Part shown: in pieces, positions 50,818 through 63,684 of the stretch | How the letters are laid out: every line of letters begins with the position of its first letter | How positions within the stretch are numbered: position 1 is the stretch's first letter | Origin: Macrostomum lignano | Taxonomy: Eukaryota | Assembly: GCA_002269645.1 (NCBI GenBank) | Contig: NIVC01001301.1 | Location: 25,954 to 89,953 of the forward strand | Reading direction: 5' to 3' | DNA length: 64,000 nt | Made by a program: the position numbers and the translations under genes | The notes under the pieces: generated by a model | The model's input: only the letters and a program-made list of their open reading frames with translations | What the model was told of the DNA's origin: nothing | The model's database searches: none

Positions 50818-52370
50818 TTTTAAACATCGTGGTAAGCTCTATGGTTTAAGCTCAGTGAGCTTACTGAGAAGTGAGTTTACTTCACTGGATAGGGTCTAAG
50901 CTACAATTGCGCAAACATGTTTATTGAGAATCTGTACACCATGCTCTAATTTATATTTTGCATCCCTCTTGCCCTGTTGGTTCAAACAAAAATTTTACTC
51001 TACCTGACGATGCTAGTGTTAAGTGAAATAGGCCTATTTAGCACGTCGCGCGCAAAATAGTTTTATTGGCCATCTGTTAAATATTCGAATTTAACAGAAT
51101 GTATTTTGTTGGCTTGGTTTTGTTTTTTTTAAGTATACATTTGCAGACTTGCAAATTTTAATTAGGGGCCTATACTCATTGATTTATGGGCCTACAAAGA
51201 ATTAGAGCTAGGCCTAGAGCTAGAGGCTAAGAGTGGTTAGGCCCCCTAATTCGAACATTAAATTAACCAGCTAACTCAAGGCAATGTAGGCCCTGGCCTA
51301 AATTAGACCAAATTAGAGTGGAAATAAATTCTAGGTGTAGGCCATTTTATCAGAATTTACACTTTTTGACTACTGTTAAATAGGCCTAGCATTATCCTGA
51401 ATTGATATTTTTAATTGTTAGGCCCTATCTAAAATGATAGGCCCTGGCACATGGCAAAGTGTGTGCTAGAGTGATTTTTTGAGATAGTTGATTATACATT
51501 AAAAATAAATAGGCCTATATACCAAAATTTTTCATAATAAAACTCTCTAAATTTTAGTTTAGGTCTATAACTCTTGTTACTATTGACGGCATTGTCTATT
51601 TTTAATGATATTGATGTTAGGCCTAATATAAAGAAGAAAGTTGCCACTATAAACCTGTGTGAAATGATGTTTTTTGGATTGTAAAACAAGAGATATAGTG
51701 AAAAGTAATACTATTTTTAGGATAGGTGGATAGGCCCTAGCACTTATAGATTTCATATAAAAACTAGGGCACATACATACAAAGGAATTTTCTGGCGCAG
51801 GACATTATAGTAATATATATGGGATAACCCTTAACTATACCATTGCATTACTAAATTCAAGCATTACTAAATCCAAGTGTTACTAAATTATTGATGACTA
51901 AATTTTGGTTACTAAATTCACATATATCTATGTAAAGTATAAATGATTAATTAGATTAAAAAGGCATGCTTTTAACACACTATGCTTTCATTTTAAAGGA
52001 TTCTCTTGCTTATTGGGCATCCCAAAGGAGGGCATTAGATTGTTAGTAGATTCACTAATTGTGACTTGCTATGGTATATATGTATGCCTTGTCTGGTAGG
52101 CTTAAGAGATGCAAACAATAGTATCTCCTTAGTATGAGCCTCTTAGCACTGAATAGACATTCAGAATCTGCACTGGATGTAGGCACATATGGCAAGCATC
52201 TTAGTTTCATTTGTTTTCAATCAATATAAAGCTGTGCACAAGACTAAGCTTTTGGTTTTGGTGTTTAAAGGTTGCCAACTTGGGGGAGGGTTGGAGTCAA
52301 TGAAAGGGGAAGGTGATTAGTGGAGCCCACAAGTTTAGATAGTAAGGCAAACCCATAAAACTATTGCAAG

Positions 52371-52371
<1 letters not shown>

Positions 52372-52409
<38 letters not shown>
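52372..52409. repeat. (GA)n microsatellite
   Basis: Seen directly. Confidence 0.9.
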
Positions 52410-54620
52410 TTTAAAGTGGCAAATATTCAGGGACTAAAGGAGAGAAAGGGGAGAGGTTGGCTGAAGTGACAAACATAGAGAGAAGGGGGAGGAGTTATGA
52501 GGGGTATCCCAGAAGTAGTGTCACTTTTGCTTGCTTTCACAAGTATTAATATGTGATAAAAATCATATGCCCTAAAAGGTAGCAGCTTTTTTTAGCTTTC
52601 ATGCCACAAAAGTCCAATTTTTATAAGTGCTTCCTACTGTAAGCAGCATTCGTTTGTTCATATACCCTATGCCATATGCCATAGAAATACACACCACATA
52701 GTGCTTCTATGCTCACTTAAAAAAAAGCCACAAGCAGAGCTGATCAAGCACAGAGTTGCAAGACAGCAGCTACAAGATTTGTTCTTGTTTTCTATATTAA
52801 GTTTATGGGCTTATTATCAATTTATATTGATTGATTCACTAATTGTGACTATGGTATATCTGGTATCCTATCCATGCCCTAGCAGTGCCTAGTCTAAACT
52901 CTAGTGTTAAGGTGATAAATCTCTAACCCACCTTCCAAGTTGTTTCTTTCTTATCCTGTTTTGACTGAGTCACTGTAGTACTTACATTCAATTCAAGCAT
53001 TCATCTGACCCAATAATGAAATTAGTATATACCTAAACCTTTTATAGAAAGTGCAGTATGCATAGCAAATGGTTACTAACAAATCTTATATAATACAATG
53101 AGACTGAATTTTTGAGTATAAATGTACATTGTAATAAAAGTGTAATATCCAAAATTGAAACTGTATCCAAAAAATTGCTAGCCAAAATTTCAGGCCATCC
53201 CCAATATAGCATGCTGCATGTTGCACTTGATACATAGGCTAGTCTATACAGTAAAATTTTCTTAGCATACACACAATGGCACAACCAAGGGGGGCAGAGG
53301 AGGCGGTTGCCCCCCTCCCCCTTAGGCGGAGACCAAAAAAATCAAAGGGGACCAAGCAAATTTCTGTCAAAAAAACAGTGATAGATCAAAATTATTTTTC
53401 AAATTGAAATCAAAATCAAAATTTTTGGTTCCTTAGAATCAAAACAAAATCAAAATTTATAAAAAATTTTTGAGCTTAGCAAATTTTTACTTTTTCGCTA
53501 ATCATGCAAAAAGGTTAACACCTAGCTTCTGCATGTATGAGGTTACATTTTTTATAAAAAGTATCTTTGATATGTTTAAACCAGAATACTTAAGATTTAA
53601 CTTACTTTAAAAATATGAAATAGAAAATGCTGGTGTATTATGTATTATACACTCGTACATAGAAATATAGTAGAAGTTGTATTATACTTCACCACTGTTT
53701 AAGCTGAAGATCTAGATACGAGTAGCCTATATCCATTTCATTAAGGCTTTAAGTCTTTAGCCAATTAAAATCCATGCCGATGAGTTTAGCCAGTGGGCTT
53801 GTGGAGGTTGAGGTGGGTGCAGCACAAGGCCTGGAACAGCTCCTTTCACTTCCTATAGATTTTCTTACTCGTGTAGCATGATCATCAATGTCTAAATTGT
53901 TAAAATATAACCAAAATTTCGAAATGATTTTTGATGAATGGTGTCGAAATTCGAAATCAAAATCAAAATTATTTCGATGCAAAATTAGTTTCAAAATTCG
54001 GAATATCGAAATCAAAATCGAATTTCCAAAAAATTTCTAGTTGAGCTACTACTTATACCTAAAATGTGATGTGTGATAATACAAGATGCATGTTTCTTTT
54101 TCTTGGTACATAGCACACAATCAAACATTTGACTAGGGATTAGTTGCAGCACACATGGCATATCTTCCTAACCATGGCAGATATCTAATGGATTTTCTGA
54201 TTTTAACAAATTAGAAAAACCATGTAATTTGATCGTGACTTTGATCTTTGTAGTTATCCCCTTTCCAATTCAAAATCCTAGCTAGGCCCACTGCATTTGG
54301 CTAAAATTGTACTCTAGGTAAGTGACAGAAGTCACTATTTCATAATATTACATTGTTTTAAGTCACTAGCTAAGCTTTACACCCTTCTTGCTTAGGCATA
54401 GGTCTGAAACTTTACCTACACAACCGCCTATATGTCTGCAGCCAAAGTATTAAATTTGCAGCACACACATTCAAGTTGACAAATTTTATCAATAGCAAAA
54501 AAAATAATTTTGTGTGCCAACCCAATAATGAGCATTCAGCTTGACTACTGAGTCTGGAAGCTCTGTGCCCAATTGGTGCCTCATTCGCTCACAGAGCTTT
54601 AAACTCTTAATTTTAAGCCA

Positions 54621-54693
54621 GCCATGAATGCGCTGGTTGACTCTGCAAGTTTGCATTTTGAATGCACTTCATTTTTTTATTTCTGTAACAGTA
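54621..54693. repeat. 73-bp direct repeat, copy 1 (upstream of TBP)
   Basis: About 66/73 identical by hand alignment to 55527-55599. Confidence 0.9.
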
Positions 54694-54845
54694 AAACTTT
54701 TAGCAAAATTTTAGCAAAATATGAAAAAAATTCACATGCGGAATATGAGTCCATAATCTTTAATCTGATTCATTCATGCCTGTCAGCATTAAGCAAATCA
54801 ATTTGATCTTGGGATTCAATTTTTAACTGATTGATTGATTGATTG

Positions 54846-55502
54846 ATGGCTGCTTCAGGCAGTTGGGGCGGCCCTGGCAGCTCTGGGGGACCGCCATCGG
54901 TGGCTGCCACTCCGGCCCACCTGCTGACCATGCCGGGCTCAGTGAGCTCAGAGAACACAGTGCCGCTGCCCCAGCTGCAGAATATTGTCTGCACCGTGAA
55001 TCTGGGCTGCAAACTCGACCTGAAGAAGATCGCCTTGCACGCCAGAAATGCCGAGTACAATCCGAAACGATTCGCCGCGGTCATCATGCGGATTAGGGAT
55101 CCTCGGACCACCGCGTTGATCTTCTCGTCTGGCAAGATGGTCTGCACCGGGGCCAAGAGCGAGGAGCAGGCCAAGCTGGCCGCTAGGAAGTACGCCCGGA
55201 TCATTCAGAAGCTGGACTTTCCGGCCAAATTCACCGATTTTAAAATCCAAAACATGGTTGGCTCGTGCGATGTCCGCTTCCCGATTCGGCTGGAAGGCCT
55301 TGTGCTGTCCTATTCTCAGTTCTCCAGCTACGAGCCGGAACTGTTTCCCGGCCTCATCTATCGAATGGTTAAGCCGAAAATTGTCCTGCTAGTGTTTGTG
55401 TCTGGCAAAGTTGTGCTCACGGGAGCCAAAGTTCGCGAGGAAATCTACGAGGCTTTTAATAATATTTATCCGATTCTGCGCAACTTCAAGAAGACCACCT
55501 AA
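54846..55502 (+). CDS. TBP: TATA-box-binding protein, core domain in a single exon
   Basis: [52 protein letters not shown] and [13 protein letters not shown] are canonical TBP. First ATG is at 54846; an acceptor at 54858 could instead link an upstream exon. Confidence 0.96.
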   Translation: MAASGSWGGPGSSGGPPSVAATPAHLLTMPGSVSSENTVPLPQLQNIVCTVNLGCKLDLKKIALHARNAEYNPKRFAAVIMRIRDPRTTALIFSSGKMVCTGAKSEEQAKLAARKYARIIQKLDFPAKFTDFKIQNMVGSCDVRFPIRLEGLVLSYSQFSSYEPELFPGLIYRMVKPKIVLLVFVSGKVVLTGAKVREEIYEAFNNIYPILRNFKKTT

Positions 55503-55526
55503 TGCGTCAGGCGGGATGGCCCATGC

Positions 55527-55599
55527 GCCATGAATGCGCTGGCTGACTCTGCGAGTTTGCGTTTTAAACGCACGTCATTTTTTAATTTCTGTAACAGTA
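55527..55599. repeat. 73-bp direct repeat, copy 2 (TBP 3' UTR region)
   Basis: Starts 25 bp after the TBP stop; partner of 54621-54693. Confidence 0.9.
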
Positions 55600-55699
55600 T
55601 GCCGAAATTTCTAATTAAGAATTTTCATCATCAACCCTGATATATCTATCTCTATATTTAGTTTTACTTTCCCTAAATTTCCCGCGGGGATTAATATCG

Positions 55700-57315
55700 C
55701 AAAAATCTCCCACTGGGATCAGTATCCCACAAATCTCCCACTGGAATCTGTATCCAAAATCCCACTGGGATCAGTATCCCGAATCCTATTGGGATCAGTA
55801 TCCTAAACCCAGTGGGATCAGTATCCCACAAATCTCCCAGTGGGATCAGTATCCCACAAATCTCCCAGTGGGATCAGTATCCCACAAATCTCCCAGTGGG
55901 ATCAGTATCCCACAAATCTCCCAGTGGGATCAGTATCCCACAAATCTCCCAGTGGGATCAGTATCCCACAAATCTCCCACTGGAATCTGTATCCAAAATC
56001 CCACTGGGATCAGTATCCCGAATCCTATTGGGATCAGTATCCCAATATATCCCAGTGGGATCAGTATCCCACAAATCTCCCACTGGGATCAGTATCCCAC
56101 AAATCTCCCAGTGGGATCAGTATCCCAAAAATCATCCATTGGGATCAGTATCCTAAAACCAGGTGGGATCAGTATCTCAAAAATCTCCCACTGGGATCAG
56201 TTATCTAAACTCCAGTGGGATCAGTATCCCAAAAATCTCCCACTGAGATCAGTATCCCACAAATCTCCCAGTGGGATCAGTATCCCACAAATCTCCCAGT
56301 GGGATCAGTATCCCAAAAATCTCCCACTGAGATCAGTATCCCACAAATCTCCCAGTGGGATCAGTATCCCACAAATCTCCCAGTGGGATCAGTATCCCAA
56401 AAATCACCCATTGGGATCAGTATCCTAAAACCAGGTGGGATCAGTATCCCAAAAATCTCCCACTGAGATCAGTATCACACAAATCTCCCACTGAGATCAG
56501 TATCACACAAATCTCCCAGTGGGATCAGTATCCCAAAAATCACCCATTGGGATCAGTATCCTAAAACCCAGTGGGATCAGTATCCCACAAATCTCCCAGT
56601 GGGATCAGTATCCCACAAATCTCCCAGTGGGATCAGTATCCCACAAATCTCCCAGTGGGATCAGTATCCCACAAATCTCCCACTGGAATCTGTATCCAAA
56701 ATCCCACTGGGATCAGTATCCCGAATCCTATTGGGATCAGTATCCCAAAATATCCCAGTGGGATCAGTATCCCACAAATCTCCCACTGGGATCAGTATCC
56801 CACAAATCTCCCAGTGGGATCAGTATCCCAAAAATCATCCATTGGGATCAGTATCCTAAAACCAGGTGGGATCAGTATCTCAAAAATCTCCCACTGGGAT
56901 CAGTTATCTAAACTCCAGTGGGATCAGTATCCCAAAAATCTCCCACTGAGATCAGTATCCCACAAATCTCCCAGTGGGATCAGTATCCCACAAATCTCCC
57001 AGTGGGATCAGTATCCCAAAAATCTCCCACTGAGATCAGTATCCCACAAATCTCCCAGTGGGATCAGTATCCCACAAATCTCCCAGTGGGATCAGTATCC
57101 CAAAAATCACCCATTGGGATCAGTATCCTAAAACCAGGTGGGATCAGTATCCCAAAAATCTCCCACTGAGATCAGTATCACACAAATCTCCCACTGAGAT
57201 CAGTATCACACAAATCTCCCAGTGGGATCAGTATCCCAAAAATCTCCCACTGAGATCAGTATCCCACAAATCTCCCAGTGGGATCAGTATCCCACAAATC
57301 TCTAGGATCAGTATC
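55700..57315. repeat. 28-bp minisatellite (GGGATCAGTATCCCACAAATCTCCCAGT) with a 703-bp higher-order duplication
   Basis: Units seen directly; near-identical shadow ORFs at 55868/56571 and 56215/56918. Confidence 0.96.
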
Positions 57316-58029
57316 TCAACTCCTGAAATTGTTATAAATAAAAAGTGAGTTAAAGAATCTATGTTTTCATGATTTTGTTTAAAATTTATCTTTTTATATT
57401 TGTGACTCCATGCCTGCTACTTACTCAGCAGTAACAGTAGTATGAATGTTGACTTCATTGTCTGAGAAGTTAAAAAGTTGCAGATAGGATAAAAAAGTAA
57501 CAATTTCTCCCTCCCTACTACGTAACTGTTTGCATTTAGTCTCGTTTGCTACTGTCAACGCCCCTGTGTTAACAATTGTTTAATTTCGTCATTCAAAACT
57601 ATTTATCAACTAATAGAATCTGTAATTCAAGGTTATATTAATAAAACAATTATACGCATATTCAGTGTGACTATAAAAATTGCTGCTAACACTTGAAGTG
57701 TAACACTTGTTGCTGTCATTTTTAAAAAATAATAAATATATGTTACTGGGCACCGCAATACGAAGGTTAAGGGCCTGTCTCTTTTATCTGAGTTTGATGT
57801 CAGATTGTTTTTATTTTTTGTATGTTTCTTTCCTCTATATAGATAAATATAGGTCAATACATAGTTATTCACAAAGACCTGCATGCACTTTAATGCCTAT
57901 GATGACCATAATTGCTACTCTTGAATGGCATGTGATGATGATGTCACTTACCACCTTGTTCTTGTCTGAGGCAGACTTGAAAATATGACAGCTAGGTGAA
58001 TTAATTGAGTGTCTTTATTATCACAGGGC

Positions 58030-58725
58030 CCTGCCACCAGCCTCCCAGGTCCTCAGTTGCTGGGCAGCCTCCCAGATCCCCAGTTGCTGGCTCAGCCTCC
58101 CAGAGTGTCAGTTGCTGGGCCAGCCTCCCAGATCCCCAGTTGCTGGGCCAGCATCCCAAGCAAGCATCCCAGATGCTCAGTTGCTGGGCCAGCCTCCCAG
58201 ATCCTCAGTTGCTGGGCCAGCCTCCCAGAGTGTCAGTTGCTGGGCCAGCCTCCCAGATCCTCAGTTGCTGGGCCAGCCTCCCAGATCCTCAGTTGCTTGG
58301 CCAGCCTCCTAGAGTGTCAGTTGCTGGGCCAGCCTCCCAGATCCCCAGTTGCTGGCTCAGCCTCCCAGAGTGTCAGTTGCTGGGCCAGCCTCCCAGATCC
58401 CCAGTTGCTGGCTCAGCCTCCCAGAGTGTCAGTTGCTGGGCCAGCCTCCCAGATCCTCAGCTGCTTGGCCAGCCTCCTAGAGTGTCAGTTGCTGGGCCAG
58501 ACTCCCAGACCCTCAGTTGCTGGGACAGCCTCCCAGATCCTCAGCTGCTTGGCCAGCCTCCTAGAGTGTCAGTTGCTGGGCCAGACTCCCAGACCCTCAG
58601 TTGCTGGGACAGCCTCCCAGATCCTCAGCTGCTTGGCCAGCCTCCTAGAGTGTCAGTTGCTGGGCCAGCCTCCCAGACCCTCAGTTGCTGGGACAGCCTC
58701 CCAGATCCTCAGTTGCTGGGCCAGC
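58030..58725. repeat. 28-bp minisatellite (CCTCAGTTGCTGGGCCAGCCTCCCAGAT)
   Basis: Units seen directly; the same unit recurs at about 62975-63145. Confidence 0.95.
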
Positions 58726-58826
58726 GTCAGATCAATGGTTCTTGAATATTTATTGGAATGACAGCTTACAGCCAGGTTAACAATGTGTTTGAAATATTTG
58801 CTGCAGGCTGGCATCTGACTGCAATC

Positions 58827-61800
58827 ATGGAGTTAGAACAGCAGCAGCAGCAGCAGCAGGATCTGCAGGTCAGCGGTCTTCGGTCAGCCCGAACGAATCC
58901 AGCCTACCTGGTGTCCAACGCCACCTCTCACCTGTGGGTGTTTTCGGCCATAGCCGAACTAGTTGACAACGCCTACGATCCCGACTGCGCAGCCGCTCAC
59001 CTGGACATTCGTCACGAGGTGATGCGGGGTATCGACGTTTTGAGCTTTACGGACGATGGCAGAGGCATGGAGCTGAACAGACTGCATAATATGCTCAGCT
59101 TCGGCTATTGCGACAAAGTGCCTGTTAAGGTTGGTAAATCTAGTTGTTCAGGGTGAAAACCGATTCAGCAATATAAAAAATGCACGATCGTATATCGTCT
59201 CGTATTTCTTTAAAAAAACGGTGCACTTTCTAGGAAAGAAACGATCTACATTTCTATGAAATAAATATTCTAAATTTCTAGGAAAGAAACGATCTACATT
59301 TCTAGGAAAGAAACGATCTACATTTCTAGGAAATAAATATTCTACATTTCTAGGAAAGAAGCGATCTACATTTCTAGGAAATAAATATTCTACATTTCTA
59401 CTAGGAAAGAAACGATCTACATTTCTAGGAAAGAAACGATCTACATTTCTAGGAAAGAAGCGATCTACATTTCTAGGAAATAAGTATTCTACATTTCTAG
59501 GAAAGCAACGATCTACATTTCTAGGAAATAAGTATTCTACATTTCTAGGAAAGAAACGATTTACATTTCTAGAAAATAAATAATCTACATTTCTAAGAAA
59601 AACTATCTACATTTTTTGGAAAGTAACAATTGTGCCTTTGTAGGCAGGAAACGATGTAAATTTTTATGAAAAACGATCTACCTTTCAATCAAATGACGGT
59701 ATGAATTTGAGCAGAAAAGCACTGTTCATTATTAATTTTTAAAAGCACCAAATTTCTCTGCCGCCTCTCGCAGGGCCACAAGCCAATCGGTCACTATGGC
59801 AACGGTTTCAAATCAGGCTCAATGCGCATCGGCAAGGACGCCATCGTGTTCACCAAGACTCGCCTGGCCAACAATGCCGTTGTGAAGTCTGTCGGTCTTC
59901 TATCGCAGACCTTCCTAGCCCGCATCGGCGCTGACACCATCGTGCTCCGATCTGTTCCTGGGTGAACGACCAGCTGGCTGAGACAGATCCAGATGGCGCC
60001 CAGTCTCTCAGCCTCATCACTCATCACTGCGACCTATTCGGCGGTTTCGAATCCGAGGTTCTGGCGCAGTTCGATCGCATTGGCAAGCACGGCACCAGGA
60101 TACTGATTTATAATCTGAAACGCACCTCGCCAGACGATCCGAGTTCGGCGTTGGAACTCGACCTGGTTAGCGACAGGAGCGACATTGTCAACTCGGAGAC
60201 GCTGCAGTCCGAGGCCGCCCTGCCGGCAGTGCAGAGGATGCAGCTGTTGCAGACTTCTGTGTCCCCGCTTATTCGGTGAGTGCCTTTGCGTTCGACTGCT
60301 TTACTGCTTTGGGCATAAAATAAACTTTAAATCCCATTTGAACTCCTCACTCACAGCCGATCGCTGAAGGCCTACCTGAGCATTCTGTTCATGAAGCCGA
60401 GACTGATAATTCGCATCAACAACCACAAGGTGCGCACCCAGCTGATGCAGCGGTGTCTCGCCAAGCGGGCCATAGACTATTACTCGCCCAAGCTGTCGCC
60501 TAGCGACGAGACCCGTTTGAAACTTCGATCGAATTCGAATTATCGAGTTCGAGTTGTAATCGGCGTCCTGCCGGCCAACCACTCCGACTATGGGGCAATG
60601 CTGTATCATAATAACCGCCTCATCCTGCCGTACGAGAAGCTGGTCAAGGAGCCAGAGCTGGCTAGTGGCGTTGCCCTCATAGCTGAAGTTGATCACCTGG
60701 AGCCAAATCACATCAAGCAGGAGTTCATTAGGGATGCCAATTTTCGGTAAGGAGACTTTAATTGATGCATGCTTTATTGCATCTTTTCGTGATCCTAGTC
60801 CTTTATCCATACTTCTCATTCCTGAGCTTTAAAAAAATACCACAGTGCCCCAATCTAACATGTGGAAGTTCAAAATCTTCTCAATAACTAAATTATCGAT
60901 TCTTAACTCCTAATCCGAATATCCCAAACTCGAGTCTTAAAACTCGTGTCCAACCCCAAAATTCGAACCTCGAATCCCATAATCCTAACCTCAAATTCAG
61001 AATCCCAACTTCGAATCTCAAAATCCCAACCTCGAATCTCAAAATCCCAACCTCGAATCTCAAAATCCCAACCTCGAAACTCGAAATCATAACCTTAGAT
61101 CCTAGCATCCCAACTTTAAATCCCAAAGTCTAAACCTCGAATTCCAAAGTCCCAACTCGAATCCCAAAATCCCAACCTAAAATCTCAAAATCCCAACCTA
61201 AAATCTCAAAATCCCAACCTCAAATCTCAAAATCCCAAACTCGAATCCCAAAATCCCAACCTTGAATCCCAAAATCCAACCTTGACACTAAAAATATCAA
61301 ACTTCGAATCATAAAATCCCAAATTCGAATCCCGAAATCCAACCTCAAATTACAAAATCCCTACCTTGAATCCTAACATCCCAACTTTGAATTCGAAGAT
61401 TCCATTCCCGAGTCCCAAAATTTCATTCCAACTCCCAAGATACTGACCTCGAAATCCAAATTCCTATTCCTAAATGTTCTCGCCGTAAAAGAGAACAGAT
61501 GGGATTGCATGTCATTATGCAGGCACTGCAGTGCAAGCTAAATTTATCCCAACCAATGTCTTTCGCCTCTTTCAGCAACTGCTTTTTAAATCTGACCCAG
61601 AAGCTGAAAGAGTACCTGGAATTGCACAGATGCTCTGATTCGGCCGCCGCCTCATCAGCAGCGGCCGCTCCGCCGCCGCCCAGTTACTGGCGCTGGGTGC
61701 AGTGCGACAGCTGTCAGAAATGGCGCCGGCTTCTGGACGTGTCGGACGAAGAGTTTCGTTCGATAGAAAAGCGCGCCTGGTACTGCTCGATGAACCCGGA

Positions 61801-63529
61801 CGCTTATTATAACCGCTGCGACATTGCCGAGGAGGTCGAGGACGAGGAGTCCATGGTGCAGGACTACAGGTGAGTTGAGTGCAGCATGTGCTTCCCTCGC
61901 TCCCCTTGCGTATTCTAGTCCTAAATCTCAGGATCCCAACCGTGAATCTCAGAATCCCAACCGTGAATCTCAGGATCCTATCCGTGAAACTTAGAATCCC
62001 AACCGTGAATCTCAGGATCCCATCCGTGAAACTTAGAATCCCAACCGTAAATTTCAGAATCCCATCCGTGAATCTCAAAACCATATCCGTGAATCTCAAA
62101 ACCATATCCGTGAATCTCTGAATCCCATCCGTGAATCGAAAATCCCAATTTTAAATCTTAAAATCAAAGACGTGAATCTCAAAATTAATAATCGACAATC
62201 GTGAATCCCAAAAAAATTAAACCGTGAATCCCAAAATTACGACCGTGAAACGTAGAATTACGACCGTGAAACCTAAAATTACAACTCTGAATCCCAAAAT
62301 TACAGACCGTGCGTCCCAAAATTAGAACCGTGAATCCAAAAAAATTTAACCGTGAATCCCTGAATCCTCACCCTGACCCCACGATCTCATTTTTTAATCC
62401 TTGGGCCGCAACCATTTATAAAAGTTTCATCGTAAATTTAAATATAGGATTCCTTAATATTCGTTACTCGCTACTAACAGTACGCTAAACCGAATTTATT
62501 GATTCGCAATAATTGCAAATGTCAGAGACGCCAGGACCACCGCCAGGCGGCGCAATGAGGCGGCCGCCATCCGCTCGCTGCTGTCCAACTCTCGGCCGGC
62601 TGGACAGTCGGCAGCTTCGCACAGCGCAGAGTCCAGCAGCAAGCGGGCTCGCTTCGATCCGCCTTCGGCCACTTCTGCCGCAGTCAGCTCCTCGACTGCC
62701 AGCCACCAGTTGGGGGCCGGCATCAGCCTAGTCGGCAGGAGGTTCGGGAGAGAAGTAGCAACATTAACAGCTGCAGCGGTGGCAGTGGCGTGGCAACGTG
62801 GCGATGAGCTCTACTCAAGTGGAGCAGTCTGTTGTGTCCGCCACCGCAGAGTCTTCAACTGCTGCTGTGTCCGTTGATCCTGCGGCTGTGAAACGGCGAG
62901 GGCGCCGTGTCCGCTGCCAGGTTCGATCGAGTGAAGGTGAGCTGCAATTGTTTTGGTTGGTTTACTTTTCCTTAGTTGCTGGGCCAGCCTCCCAGATCCT
63001 CAGTTGCTGGGCCAGCCTCCCAGATCCTCAGTTGCTGGGCCAGCCTCCCAGATCCTCAGTTGCTGGGCCAGCCTCCCAGATCCTCAGTTGCTGGGCCAGC
63101 CTCCCAGATCCTCAGTTGCTGGGCCAGCCTCCCAGATCCTCAGTCCATTTTCTAGCAGACGCGATGTTAAACTGTATATAAACTAACGTGTTCGCCAAAA
63201 CAACTCAGGACCAACTGCGCAGCCTCCGATGCAGCGTCATCCGACTGCTCGGCCACAAATCAGCGCGACTGTCAACAGATTCTGACGGCGGCCGCGGCGG
63301 CCCTGTCAAGTGCCGCAGAGTTCCCTGACCAGTCGGTGGACCAGCTGCTGGCCAGAGTTGTGCAAGATCTTGACAGACAGAAGAAACAGGCTCAACAACA
63401 GCCAAGAGATGACGGGCAAAAACAGCCTGGCGCATTTCATCTAATGTCGCGGCTGTAAGCGACGCACAAGAGGCCAATTTGTCCGACGGCGAGATCGACA
63501 TTAAGCCTATTGTTATCGATGACGACTGA
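58827..63529 (+). CDS. MORC3: MORC3/4-like GHKL ATPase with CW-type zinc finger and C-terminal coiled coil; frameshifted as given. Exons 58827-59129, 59774-60275, 60357-60746, 61576-61869, 62526-62936, 63209-63529
   Basis: [59 protein letters not shown] and [11 protein letters not shown]...WYCSMNPD (zf-CW). The first four exons have consistent phases. The last two are lower confidence because they need frame switches. MORC3 versus MORC4 was not resolved. Confidence 0.85.
59270..59690. repeat. About 24-bp minisatellite (TTCTAGGAAAGAAACGATCTACAT) in MORC intron 1
   Basis: Seen directly. Confidence 0.9.
60950..61450. repeat. Degenerate 21-bp repeat (AATCTCAAAATCCCAACCTCG) in MORC intron 3
   Basis: Seen directly. 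Confidence 0.8.
61925..62360. repeat. Degenerate 21-bp repeat (GAATCTCAGRATCCCAACCGT) in MORC intron 4
   Basis: Seen directly; related to the intron 3 unit. Confidence 0.8.
62975..63145. repeat. 28-bp minisatellite in MORC last intron, same family as 58030-58725
   Basis: About six near-perfect units of CCTCAGTTGCTGGGCCAGCCTCCCAGAT. Confidence 0.93.
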
Positions 63530-63684
63530 AATCAGGGCTAATTGCATTCTGAATCTTCGTTTTGTTATGCTTTTAAAAGGGCAGCTTGGCATTAAATAGA
63601 AATGGCTAGCCTGTCATTGTATAAACTTTGTTAGTGTTTTTTATAATAATCTCAGTCTTGCTTATCTATTTATCAATTTATCGG

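Noticed and set aside
53275-53545. MITE-like G/C-tract segment
   Set aside because: One end resembles a hAT TIR, but no matching second TIR or TSD was found.
54621-54693. 73-bp TBP-flanking repeat as a C/D snoRNA
   Set aside because: ATGAATG is not a proper C box and the CTGA is lost in one copy.
11620-57315. Palindrome-containing 23-32-bp repeats as CRISPR arrays
   Set aside because: Units abut with no unique spacers, no cas genes are present, and the context is eukaryotic.
57952-57991. Minus-strand 40-nt segment between CCTAG and GTAAGT
   Set aside because: Good splice signals, but no partner exons or recognisable product.
55812-58761. Repetitive ORFs in the two 28-bp arrays
   Set aside because: Multi-frame shadows of minisatellites.
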